DNA of 64,000 nucleotides from Lophium mytilinum (Eukaryota): NCBI GenBank assembly GCA_010093605.1, contig MU004202.1, positions 445,560 to 509,559 of the forward strand, read 5' to 3'. Shown piece by piece: positions 52,701 to 64,000 of this stretch (position 1 is its first letter; each line of letters starts with the position of its first letter). The notes under the pieces were generated by a model. It saw only the letters and a program-made list of their open reading frames with translations, ran no database searches and was not told where the DNA came from. The position numbers and the translations under genes were made by a program.

Positions 52701-55700
52701 ACTATACTATTAACTTTAAAGACCTAAATATAAAACCTCTAGTCCCGCGCTAATATAGCCTCTCTTATAATAAGCTGCGCGCTATTAAGGCCTATATTAA
52801 TAAGATACTTAGGAAAAGTTTTATTTATTCTAGCACGTTACTATTTACAGCGCCCGTTATTATTATCTATAAGCTAGGCGGAGGACTCTATATCTATATT
52901 AATTATTGCTTACTAAATAAAATTATAATTAAGAACTAGAATGCACCCCCTCTTCTATATAATATAATTACGCAGCTTTATAAGGCTAAAATATACTCTA
53001 TTTTTAATATTATTACCGCGTTTAATAATATCCGCGTTAAAGATAGTAACTAACTTAAGATAGCTTTCTACACCTAATATAGCGTATTTAAATTTAATAT
53101 TATACCCTTTAGCCTCTATAACGCCCCTAGCACATTCTAATTATTTATTAACTCTAGGCTACACCTATATCTAGATATCTACTATATAGCCTATATAGAT
53201 AATATTCTTATCTATAGTAATAATAAAGAGGATTATAAGAGAGACTATATAAATATTCTTACAGCCTTATATAATATAGGTCTCTTTCTTAATATTAATA
53301 AGTATTACTTCTTAGTTAAGCGTATTAAGTATCTTAGACTTATTATTACGCTTAATAGTATAGAAATAGACCTAGCTAAGGTTAGCGCTATCTAGAACTA
53401 GAAGCTGCCCCGTAATATTAAAGATATCTAATTATTTCTAGGCTTCTATAACTTCTATTAGCGCTTTATTACTAGTTACTTATAAATTACTACTCTACTA
53501 ACTAAGCTTATAAAGAAAATAATAGAATAAGGTAACTTTCTATTACTTACTAATAGCCTAGTAGTATAAGCCTTTAAGAAGCTTAAAGCCTCTTTTCTCT
53601 TAGCGCTAGTCCTAGCCTATTTTAATCCGGACCTGGACTATATATTAGAAATAAACGCCTCTAACTATATTATTACTATAATTCTTTTATAATAAGGCCC
53701 GGATAGAATTCTCCGCCCCGTTACCTTTCTATCTAAAAAGATAACTCTAGTAGAATGTAATTATAAGATATATAATAAAGAGTTACTTACTATTATCCGC
53801 ACCTTTAAAGAATAGCGCCCTAAACTTACTAGCGTTATTAACTCTACGCTTATATAAATAGACTATAAGAATCTAGAATACTTTATATCTTCTAAATAGT
53901 TAAATTGCTAATAAGCCTATTAGGCTAAGTATCTTTCTTAATTTAACTTTATTCTAAACTAGCAACTAGGTAAGTAGTTAACTAAGCCTAATAGCCTTAC
54001 TTATAGGCCTAGCAATATTCTAGATAATCTAAATAACTCTAGAACTATATATTAAATATAGATAGTACTAAAGAAAAGAAACCTACTAGAAGAAATATAC
54101 TAAGCCCTATAGCTTACTAGCATGCTCCTTAATAAATAGAAAGTATCTATTATCTAGCTTACTAAGCTAATATATAAACTTATAGAATAATACTCTATAG
54201 ATATTTCTTATATTATTCTAGCAGCTAATAGAATAAGAGAAAAGAAGCGGATAACTAAGGTTGTAGCTAATTATAGTAAGTTAGATAAAGATCTATAGAA
54301 CGCTGCCCCTAATATTACCGCGTCTATTACCTCTAAGCCCGCAGCTACTAATAGTCTACTAGAAGAAGGAGCGCTAGAAGTATCTAAACCTAGTAATAAG
54401 TTAAATAAGGACTTACTAGGGGACTATATAGATAATACTACTATCTAGTAGATTAATTAAGTCTATATAGAGAATAATATTCTCTAGCGTATTATGCACG
54501 CTAAGGAAACTAGAGAATAATATATTCCGCTTAAGCTTATTTAGAAATAAGGTATTAAGATTAAGCTTAGTAATTGCAAAATCTATAAAAACCGGCTATT
54601 TATTAATAGCCGCCTATATATTCTATATAACGCAAAACTTTAAATATAGTTAATTAAGAAAGCCTATAACTCTCTTTCTAGAGGCTATACTAAGAGAAAC
54701 TCCCTCTACTACTGCCTCTCCTTCTAGTACTATTAGCTAGGAATTATAAACTCTATTACTATATATATTAACGCCTACCTTATATATAGGCGCATAAAGG
54801 TCTATAAAAAGGGTAAGTATAGCCTACTTAAACTACTACCTATTCTAAATTAATACTAGATAGATATATCTATTAATTTTATTACTAAGCTACCCTCTTA
54901 TATAATTAAGGGCCGTACGTACTAATATATTATAGTTATTATTAACTAGCTTTCTAAGAAGCGCAAGTTTATTTCTCTAGACTCTATAAAGCTAGAAGAC
55001 GTCGCGTAAGTATTTATTAACTAGATCTAGCGCAAAGAAGGCTATCTAGACTATATTATATCTAACTATAGTATATAGTTTATATCTTTCTTTTAGAAAT
55101 ACTTATATAAATATATAGAAATATACCTAAAGCTATCTACTATAGCCTACCTAGAGACTAATAGTTAGACTAAGATTATTAACGCAGGCCTAAAGTAATA
55201 CCTACGCGCGTATATCTACTACTTGCAGGATAACTAAGTAAACCTAATTACCTTTACTAAATTTAAGGCTAACGCTAATATTAATTAGTCTACTAGCGTG
55301 TTACTATTTAAAGCTACTAAGAGCTATATACCCCGCAGCAGCTTAAAGCTATTATTATAAGGTATTACTATTCTAGGCTCTAAGCGCTAAGGAGTTAATA
55401 TAGCTAAGAAACTTATTACCTATATTTATAATCTATAGGAGTTTCTTAAAGAAGAGCTCTATTAGAATTAGTCTAAGATAAAGGAGCTAGCTAATTAAAA
55501 TTAGCTGCCCGCCCCTAAATTTAAGGTTAATAATATAGTTATACTAAATACTAAGAATATCTATACTACGCGGCTAAGTAAGTCTCTTAACTATAAGAAT
55601 CTTAGTCCCTTTTATATAACACGGGTTATTAATAATATAGCCTATAAGCTAGAACTTCCTAAGTCTATAAAAGGAATTTTTCTAGTATTCTACCCCTAGT

Positions 55701-56481
55701 TACTTTATTAAATTAATAAGATACCTCTTCTAGAATAATATCTAGAACCCCTACCTGCGCTTAAAATAGAAGAAGATAGCTTTATAGAATAGTACTATAT
55801 TAATAAAGTCCTTAATTCCTAATTTAATAGCCGCCGATTAGACCTATATATAGGTAAGAAACCCTGCCTAGTATATAAGATAGCCTAGTCCGGGTATAAT
55901 AACACCCGGCCTAAATAGAAACCTTACTAGAATATAGATAGCTATAATAAGCTCCTTATAGAGTATTATAATAAGTATAGTCTTAAAGTAGAACCTTATT
56001 TAATATTTAGAACATCTAAATAGGAGGTTATAAAGATAATAGGTAAGAGTATAAGCGCTACCGCGGTAATAGTAGGCCTATAGAATATTCTTAGTACTAG
56101 CCTAAGTAAGTATAAATAGTAACCTTATTAGGTAGCTAAGTTATCTTATAAGAAGGCTATTCTATATAGGCAACCTAAAGTAGAACTCTAATAGGTAGAA
56201 GCTAATAATAGGCCTTAGGTTAATTTATATAGTCCGCTTGCAGCGCTTAAGAATAACTATAAGAATAACTATAAGGATAACTATAAGAATAAATATAAGA
56301 ATAGAAATAATAGAAATAATAGAAATAATAGAAATAATAAATATAGTAAGACTATAGATAATAGTAAGTATATAAATAGTAAGGCTATATAAGTAGCTTA
56401 GTAGAAATAAGATAAAAAGAATAGAGGAGCTATAGTATATTATAAGCCTTATAGAACTTTAGCTTTTAAAGAGGGGGGTAG

Positions 56482-56703
56482 TATTATAGTATAAATCTAG
56501 AATTATAATAATTATATACTAAGGTTATATATAGCCCCTTACATAACCTAAGTAAGACGCTAGCCCGAGGCGCTAGGCCGCGGCCCGTGCGCCGGCGTTA
56601 AACTATAACCTCTCGAGAGCTCCTAGCTCTCTCTCTCCTCCTTAGCTTAGATTTTTATAATAGTTAATATACCTTATTACTTATATTATATTAGCCCCCT
56701 ATA
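56482..56703 (+). repeat. 3' LTR of element E
   Basis: Direct repeat of 48950-49171, locally less RIP-mutated. Confidence 0.95.
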
Positions 56704-58413
56704 TTTATTACCTTTAAACTTATCTAGATAGGGCTAGAACTTATCTTCTATATAAGAAACTCTATTTAGAGTAATACTAAGGTTTTAATAATCTTTAGAT
56801 ATCTTAATATAGAGGTCTTAGTATTAGTAATAGCTTATATTATATAAATATAAGCGTAAATATAAGTATAAGTATTAATAAAAGTAATACTTCTAGAAGT
56901 AATTATAATAATAAGATAGACTATAGGTATAATTATAATAATAAGGGGGGCTTCTATTATTTAATAAGAGTAGGCTAGAGTTATAGTAACTATAAATATA
57001 TATATATTCTATAGTATAGTAAATATAATTTATATTACCTATATACTCTATAGTATAGTAAGCTTAATTAGTATTATAGCCTACTAAGGGGCTATTATTA
57101 GCTTATACTTCTTCTAATTTAATTACTCTATTAAGGGAGGTAAGTAGATTTTTAGCTACTATAGTAATAGGGTTAACTAGTAGTAGAGGTATAATAGAAT
57201 AGTATACTATAGGGGGCGCTATTATAGAAAAGGCTATAGTAGGCGCAGGTATAGAAGTATACTATAGTATCTATAGTATTTTAATTTTATTTTCTAAGAT
57301 AGTAAGGCGCGTATTATATTTATACTTATTCTTAGCTACTTAAGTAAGGTTAGCTATAAGGCGCTTAATAATCTTTTCTTACTCTATAGACTACTTATTA
57401 GCCTAGATATAGTTTTTCTATTAGGCCTTAATATCTAATTAGAGAGAGGTAATTTTATTCTTATAGATATAAAGTTTATTCTTATACTCTTCTAGTTTAG
57501 TTTTAATATTAAGTAGGCGCTTAAGCTTCTTATATATAGCTTCTAACTTATTATTCTTTTTATTATATTTATCTTTAAGAACTTTAATTTTATTTTAGAG
57601 CTTGCGCTGCGCTTTCTAGTTATCCTTATATATTTACTAAAAAATCTTAGTTATAGCTTAATAACTTCTAAGAATATAGAAGAAGTAGATAGAATTAGCT
57701 TAGACTTATATAAGGAAGTTCTAAAAGTCTATAATCTTAATTAAGCTATTAAACTATTAGTTACCGGGTAGAAGTAAATAGTCTAGAAATTTAGTAATAT
57801 TATTAATAGAGTTAAGAAATATACCTAGGTTATAGCTATAGCTAGAAGTATAGTACTTAATAATAGAGCTATAGACTATTAGGTCTAGAGTATATATAGA
57901 GTTATAATTATCTTTAGTAGTATTTTTATTTTAGGTTAGCTAAGTATCTATATATACTATTTAGGTAGACTACTAAGTATCTTCTTAGATAGACTACTAG
58001 ATATCTTCTTTATTCTAGAAGTTTTCTTTAGCTATTTATTAGAGGGGCGCGCTCTTTAGAGTCTTATAAGGGAACTTAGAGGGCGCGTAGAACTATATAT
58101 AGAATAATAGTAGAAAGTAGAAGGCTAGTTATAAGCTACTATACTTAAAATATCTAGGTTCTAAGTTATTAGTAGGGGCTCTAGTACCTAGTAGAGGTAG
58201 TAGATTACTTATTATAGAGAATATAGTAATAGTACTTAGTAAAATAAGGTAGTATAGCTATATACTCTTTAGTATTATATATATAGTTATATAGGTATAC
58301 TTACTAAGCTATTAAATAGCTTAGTAAATAAGAATTAAGGTTTAAGATATAAGAGTTAAAGTAGTAATAGTAAAAAAGAATTAGTACTAGTTAGAGTATT
58401 AGATATAACCTAA

Positions 58414-58658
58414 TATTATAGTTATAGTATAGAGGAGCTTAGTAGTATAAGGTAACTAGGTTAAATTTAAAAGATTATATAAGAAGTAGAAAGAGAGGCC
58501 TCTAGAAAGAAGCTATATATATAGAGAAGAGAGGTATATAGGCGCTAGGCGGGCTAGTATATAGGCGGCGCTAGGTAATATAATAGATATAGAAGTAGAA
58601 GGCTAGTAGCTAGTAATAGATAAATATATAACTAGAGGGTAGAGTATAATCTATTATA
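58414..58658 (-). repeat. 5' LTR of element C
   Basis: Direct repeat of 31637-31881. Confidence 0.94.
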
Positions 58659-58780
58659 GTTATACTTAGTATATACCTTCTTATTTTCTAATTAAAGATA
58701 TATAATATTCTTAGTTAGTTATATAACTTTATATTATATTATTTCTTAGTATTCTCTTAGTAGTTATTAAGGTTAAAGGT

Positions 58781-59141
58781 TATTATATATATAGACGTTA
58801 TATAATCTCTAGGCTAAGAGTTCTTCTAGCGCCTAAGGTTCTACTAGCGCCTAGAGTTCTACCGGCGCGTACTTAACTATATAGTAGGCTTATAGCTAGA
58901 GCCTCTCTTCTCTCTATATAACCTTATTAATAGTAATATAACTCTTTTCTTAGCTATAAACCTAATACTAGATTATATTATTCTTTAAAACCTAGATATA
59001 TAGAAATATAGAAACTTTAATTTCTTTTTATATAGCTATACTACTATATACACGCGCATTTATATAAATACTACTACTAGCTTTAAAATTTAGCTATATA
59101 GTTACTTAATTACTAACCTTAAAACTAATATATTTTCTTTT

Positions 59142-59179
<38 letters not shown>

Positions 59180-60332
59180 CTAAAACTTTCTTCTTATTTT
59201 CTATACCTATATAAAGCCTAGGCCTTACTATAGATAACTAGGTATAATTAACTATATTAATACGCCTAGTAGGTAACTCTATAACTCTAATATTCTATAA
59301 AGTAAGAAGGGGGTTAGTTACTAGAACTTTAATAAGATATAGAATACTTAAGGTAATATCTTTAAGAAAGTAGATAAGAAAGTACTATAGATAGACCTTA
59401 ACTACTTAGTATTATATATAAAGAACTAATAGAACTATCTTACTAAGTAGTGTAAGTATATTAGTAAACTACTTAATATAGCTATATTAGAGGCGCTTAA
59501 TACCTAGAACTTCTATACTATTAGTATAGACTTCTAGAATATAAAAAGCTCTATTACTTTTAACCTTCTTCTAGATCTATATAATATTAAGAAGCTTACT
59601 ATAAAGCTAGAAGGCACTATATTCTAGAATTTATTTAAGTTTTATTAGTAGGTAAACTCTAAACCGCTTAAAGCCTTTAAGCTACTACGCGCTCTAGTTA
59701 AAAGTACTAATATCTATATTAATAACTATAGCGCTAGCTTAGAGAAATAGAAGAATATATCTATAAATCTTTATAAGCGGTTTAATAGTATAGATAAGGT
59801 TATTAGAAATCTAAAGATCTAGCTTAATAATTCTAAGCTTAATTTCTAGGCTGCCTAGGTGCACGCGTATAACCTCTAGTAATAATAGTTAAAGCCTACT
59901 AAGATATCTAAAGAACCCGTTTATTTTAATAATAATAAGCGGCGCAATAATAATATTAACTATTAGCGGATAAATAGTAGAACTAGAGAATAACCTTTAG
60001 ATAGGCCTAATAACTATAGTTATAATAGTTATAATAATAATACTTATATAGAGCCTAGATATACTTCTTCTACTCTAAATATAAACCTCTATAGTAGTAG
60101 TAACTAAACCTACCGCTCTACTTCTCTATATAATAAATATTTAAATAACTAATATTATAATAATAGCTACTATAATAGCTATACTTTACTATATACTTAG
60201 CTACTATTATTAATATTCTACTAGTATATCTACTACTAGCTAGACCTAGTTATATTTAATAGAGAGGACCTAGATATATACCTAATCTAGCGTAGTAAAA
60301 TTCTTACTAAGATTTACTATACTTTCTCTAAT
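58781..60332 (+). mobile_element. 5' part of LTR retrotransposon F (putative LTR ~58781-58977, leader, gag start), interrupted by G
   Basis: Begins TATTATA (RIPed TG..). The LTR-like segment has 18-bp internal repeats, a CT-rich tract and a TATA. It is followed by a (CTTA)n leader and a coiled-coil gag-like frame ending LP(D)P..F(DG)ED. The partner LTR is not in the window. Confidence 0.65.
59143..59178. repeat. (CTTA)n microsatellite in the leader of F
   Basis: About 9 tandem CTTA units. Confidence 0.9.
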
Positions 60333-63300
60333 TATTATAGTATAATAGTAGATTATAAGAGAAGACCTAATATTAGTATATATAGATAAAGTAGCTATAA
60401 GAGAGAGAGAAGGGCGCGGAACGCTAGCTAAGAGGTAGGTAAGGCTAGCGCTAAGCCTAGTTATATAATAGTAATTATATACTAGAGAGTATATAACGCT
60501 ATTATATATATTAGAAATATATTATAATAGAAGTTATATTATAGCTATAATACTACCCCCCCTCTAAAAGAAACTATATATAGAGCTTCTTCTAGTATTA
60601 TACTTTAGCCTTTCTATTTTATACTAGTACTTCTTTCTAATTAGTTCTTCTATTAATTATATAGTCTTACTATAATTCTTTATAACCCTTTAGTCTTTTA
60701 TATAGTATTATAAACTATTAGTATTATAAACTATAGGTATTATAACTTATAGGTACTATATAGGCGTAATATAAATTAGTATAGAAGTTTAAACTTATAA
60801 ACCTTTATATTATCTATTATCTAGTAGTCCGCTAGGTTAGTATCTTCTAACTAGAGAAGTTAGTAATTACTTAGCTAGCTAGCGCTAGTTAGCTTTAGTA
60901 ATATCTAGCTTAAGGTCTACTTCTATAGTTTTAATATAATTATAGCTAGTAGAGGTTTCTAGTACTTAGGTTTCTTAAAAGACTTATAAGGTCTAGCAGC
61001 GTTAGAATATTAATAATAGTAGTCTATTATAACGTTGCGGTAATTAAATATACTTTTATATAATTTCTACTTAGATTTAGTATTCTAATCTAGATATCTA
61101 GTATATTAGATTCTATATTAAAGAAGTTCTTTAAGGCCTATAGCTAGATTAACTATTACTTTATTAATATATAAGTTAATAATATTATTAATATTCTACT
61201 ATTTAAAGCCTTCTATATTAACTTTAATAGGGCCTAGTTTATTATAAGTTTAACTATTAAGTAGTTTATAGGTAACTCTATATAATAGCTAGGGGTGGAA
61301 GACGTTAAATAGTTCTTTTAACGTCCGGGGCAGAGTAAGTTTATATATAGAGTTATTAATAACACAGGTAATCTTATATAGGCCTAGTTATTTATAGTCT
61401 AAAGACTTATTTAGGCGCTAAGTTTTAATATTACGCATGTTAAGTATAACTTTATCCTCTACCTTAAGCTCTGGTGCTAGTTTGCGTTTTAAATTTATAT
61501 AATAAGCTTAGCGTACTTATATCTAGATAAGCTTATCTTATAGAAAGAGTTATAGCTAGTTAATCTATTTAGCTAGGGTGTTAGCTTTCTTATAGAGTAA
61601 TTTCTAGGGTCCTTTTAGTTTAATAGAGTTATCTACTAGTTCTAGTTTTAAGCGCGGGTTATAGCCTTTAGTAGCTATAAATAGTAATACACCTATTATT
61701 ATTTTAGCGCAGTTAGCCTTAAATTTAGTAATAGGTAGAAAATCTATCTAGTTATCTTATTTATAGTTAATATAGGTGTATAGATATTACTTAAGTACTA
61801 TATTAGTAATCTTAGTCTAGCTATCTATTTTAGAGTAAAATAATAAGAATAACTTAGGTATAGTACTAATATAGGCGTAGAGACGTTTCTAGAAGTATAA
61901 TATAAACTATACGCCTTAATTAAATATAATAGTATATAGATAGCCTTTTTTACGCTAGACCTATTTAATAAATACTTAGATAACTAGCTTAACTTCTATA
62001 GAATTAAGCGGGATAAACTTTCTCTTTTTAAATAGTTAATTAACTATAACTATAATATACTTATATTTCCTGCCCTATTATTTATAGATAGGTAGTAGTC
62101 TAATAAAGTTAACTAAGATATTATACTAGTAGTAATATAGAATTAGTAGTAGGTAAAAAAGGCCTTACTTACCTTCTCTAGAGTGCTTTAAGTAGTAATA
62201 GGTTATATAAGCGCCTATATACTAGTTAATATTAGAAGTTATAAGAGGCTAGTAGTAGTAGTTACTTAACCTAGTATATATAGAGGTAGTTCTAGTATAA
62301 CTAGCTAGTTTAGGTTTATATATAGAATAGATAATTATAGTATATAATTTTAGTATAGCTAGAATATAGAGAAAATTATAAATATAGAGAAAATTATTAA
62401 TAATATTATAATTACTAAGCTTAATTTATAGGTAGTAGTTATAATAGAATTAGGCTAGTAGTTATCGCTTATTGCGGCGTTTAGTATATTTAACTACTTA
62501 TATAATAGAATTAGCTTAAGAAGCTTTCTTAACTTAGTATAGAATTTAATTACTTATTAGAACTAGCTTTAATGCGTTATATAGCTTAGTATTAAAAGTT
62601 TATTTATTATTAGTAGAAGAATTCTTTATCTTATTTCTTACTATAGAGGTAGTCCTAGAATTCTTTATCTTATCTAGGGGCTCTAGTTATAATTATATCT
62701 ATCTAGTACGCGTAACTATAAGTTAAAGCTTATTAGTATAATTAGATTAATTAAATTTACTAAAGTTATAAAGTATAGAGGCTAGATCTATTACTATATA
62801 TTCTAGGGCGTTATTAATAAGTATATAGGCTAGGTTAATAGCGTAATATATATTAGGCTTATAATTAGTAGACTTAAGTATAACTTACTCTTAATATTTA
62901 TAGCGAGCGTTACCTTTAGAGGGCTTATTACCGGGTTACCTAGTAAGAAGATCTAGCTTATTATTAAGCTTACCGGGCTTATACATAATTTTAAAGTTAA
63001 ATTTAGCTAAAAACTTAGCCTATTAGGCTTAATAATAGTTAAGTTATTTAGTTATTATAAATGTCTAAAGATTCTTATAATTAGAGATAATATTAATAAA
63101 ACTACTATATTTCTATCCCTAGCTAGTAAGCTCTAGACGCTAGTCTTTAAATACTAGAATAATAGTAAGCAGTTCTTTATTATATATAGTATAGTTAATT
63201 TACTATAGAGTTATCTATTATAATATAAAGGCTATAGAGTATAGAGTGCTATCTAGCTAAACCTATAATAGTACTACTGCTACTATATAATCTAAGGAAT

Positions 63301-64000
63301 TATATTTAACCTATATCTTATAGTCTAGGTTCTATAAGGCTAGCTAGGGAGCGTTCTAGAAATATTTCTTAATGCGGGTAAATACGCGTGCCTTATTACT
63401 ATTATCTTTCTAGGGGAATTTAAATAATTTCCTAGTAGATAATATAAGTATAGAGAGAGGTGCTATAAACTTAGAATATTAAGTAATAGAGTAATAATAG
63501 AAGTTATAGAAACTAAGAAAGGCCTATATATTTTTAAGATTCCTTAGTATAGGCTAATCTAGAACTATCTAGACTTTTATAGAATCTATCTAGACGCTAT
63601 TAACTTCTATAATAATGCTAAGGTATTTAACTTCTTATATAGTAAATTTAGACTTATAAATATTAAGAAATAGTCTAGCGTCTTATAACCTTATAACTAT
63701 AGATATAATATACTTCTTATACTCTTTTAGGTTATTACTAAAGATAAGTATATTATCTATATATGCTATATAGTAGTAATCTAGATTCTTATATAGTATA
63801 TTATTAATATAAGCTTAGAATAAGCTAGGCGCGTTATAGAGCCTAAATAGAAGAACTATAAATTTAAATAGGCTCTATTATATTAGAAACGCTATCTTAT
63901 ACTTATTACCTTTCTTAATATATAGAGCGTTAAACGCACTAATAACATCTAGCTTAGTATAATATTTAGCTTTAGCTAGTAGAGTAAGTATATCTTTAAT
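60333..64000 (-). mobile_element. Ty3/Gypsy element G, inverted second copy of family A (3' LTR 60333-60552, integrase, RNase H, RT), truncated by the window end
   Basis: Reverse complement is colinear with A from 17993 back to ~14320. The LTR is 220 bp and is followed by CTACCCCCCCTCT. Confidence 0.95.

Larger units (their letters stand above)
48950..56703 (+). mobile_element. Ty3/Gypsy (chromovirus-type) element E, full length, inserted in gag of C
   Basis: 222-bp LTRs at 48950-49171 and 56482-56703. TSD TTTAT (48945-48949 / 56704-56708). PPT AAAGAGGGGGGTAG. RT YID(D)ILI at ~53192, RNase H (ET)DAS(D) at ~53650, integrase ~54800-55350, chromodomain ~55790-55970. Confidence 0.95.
31637..58658 (-). 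mobile_element. Ty3/Gypsy element C (~8.0 kb net), hosting elements D and E
   Basis: 245-bp LTRs at 31637-31881 and 58414-58658. TSD GTTAT (31632-31636 / 58659-58663). PPT CTACCCCCCC follows the left LTR. RNase H (E)TD(AS)D is split by D at 34773, RT YID(D)ILV lies at ~46463-46482, and gag is split by E. Confidence 0.93.
25144..58780 (-). mobile_element. Ty3/Gypsy element B (relative of A), interrupted by C (31637-58658) and by F at ~58781; 5' end outside the window
   Basis: A reverse 3' LTR at 25144-25364 is followed by CTACCCCCCTTT (PPT on the minus strand). Minus-strand chromodomain, integrase (~26400-27000), RT YID(D)VLI (~28600-28620) and gag up to 31636. The sequence resumes after the GTTAT TSD at 58664. 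Confidence 0.85.
7084..64000. other. AT-rich, RIP-mutated transposon block (heterochromatin-like isochore)
   Basis: Abrupt compositional switch near 7100-7140. CpA/TpG are almost absent and TpA is in great excess. Only one spurious ORF occurs in 57 kb. LTR pairs differ by C>T / G>A transitions. Confidence 0.97.

Overview
Genomic DNA of a filamentous ascomycete in two sharply different compartments. (1) 1-~7050 is gene-rich with balanced GC. It holds the 3' part of a membrane (M19) dipeptidase, a 4-exon CYP504-like (phenylacetate hydroxylase-type) cytochrome P450, an intronless protein with an F-box-like N-terminus and a C-terminal R3H domain (preceded by two inverted TGA(G/C)TCA sites), and a frameshifted secreted protein whose C-terminal domain looks like an aerolysin/ETX-MTX2-type beta-pore former. 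(2) ~7084-64000 is an AT-rich, RIP-destroyed nest of transposons that can be unpicked by matching LTR/TIR pairs and target-site duplications: a pogo/Tigger-type DNA transposon (7084-9176), seven Ty3/Gypsy-type LTR elements (A 9718-17993 +; B from 25144 -; C 31637-58658 - inside B; D 34774-46024 - and E 48950-56703 + inside C; F from ~58781 + inside B; G from 60333 - inside F, an inverted copy of A), and an outer scaffold carrying a CACTA/EnSpm-like fungal transposase relic, two accessory ORF relics, a hairpin and an 11 x 39-bp array. Most interesting: a ~3-kb extra ORF 3' of pol in element D, the possible large cargo-carrying outer DNA element with its 39-bp array, the border-proximal pore-forming-toxin-like gene and the F-box/R3H gene. 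All protein assignments are by eye from motifs, and 'de-RIP' readings (restoring C/G at RIP-mutated positions) are my inference. No searches were run.
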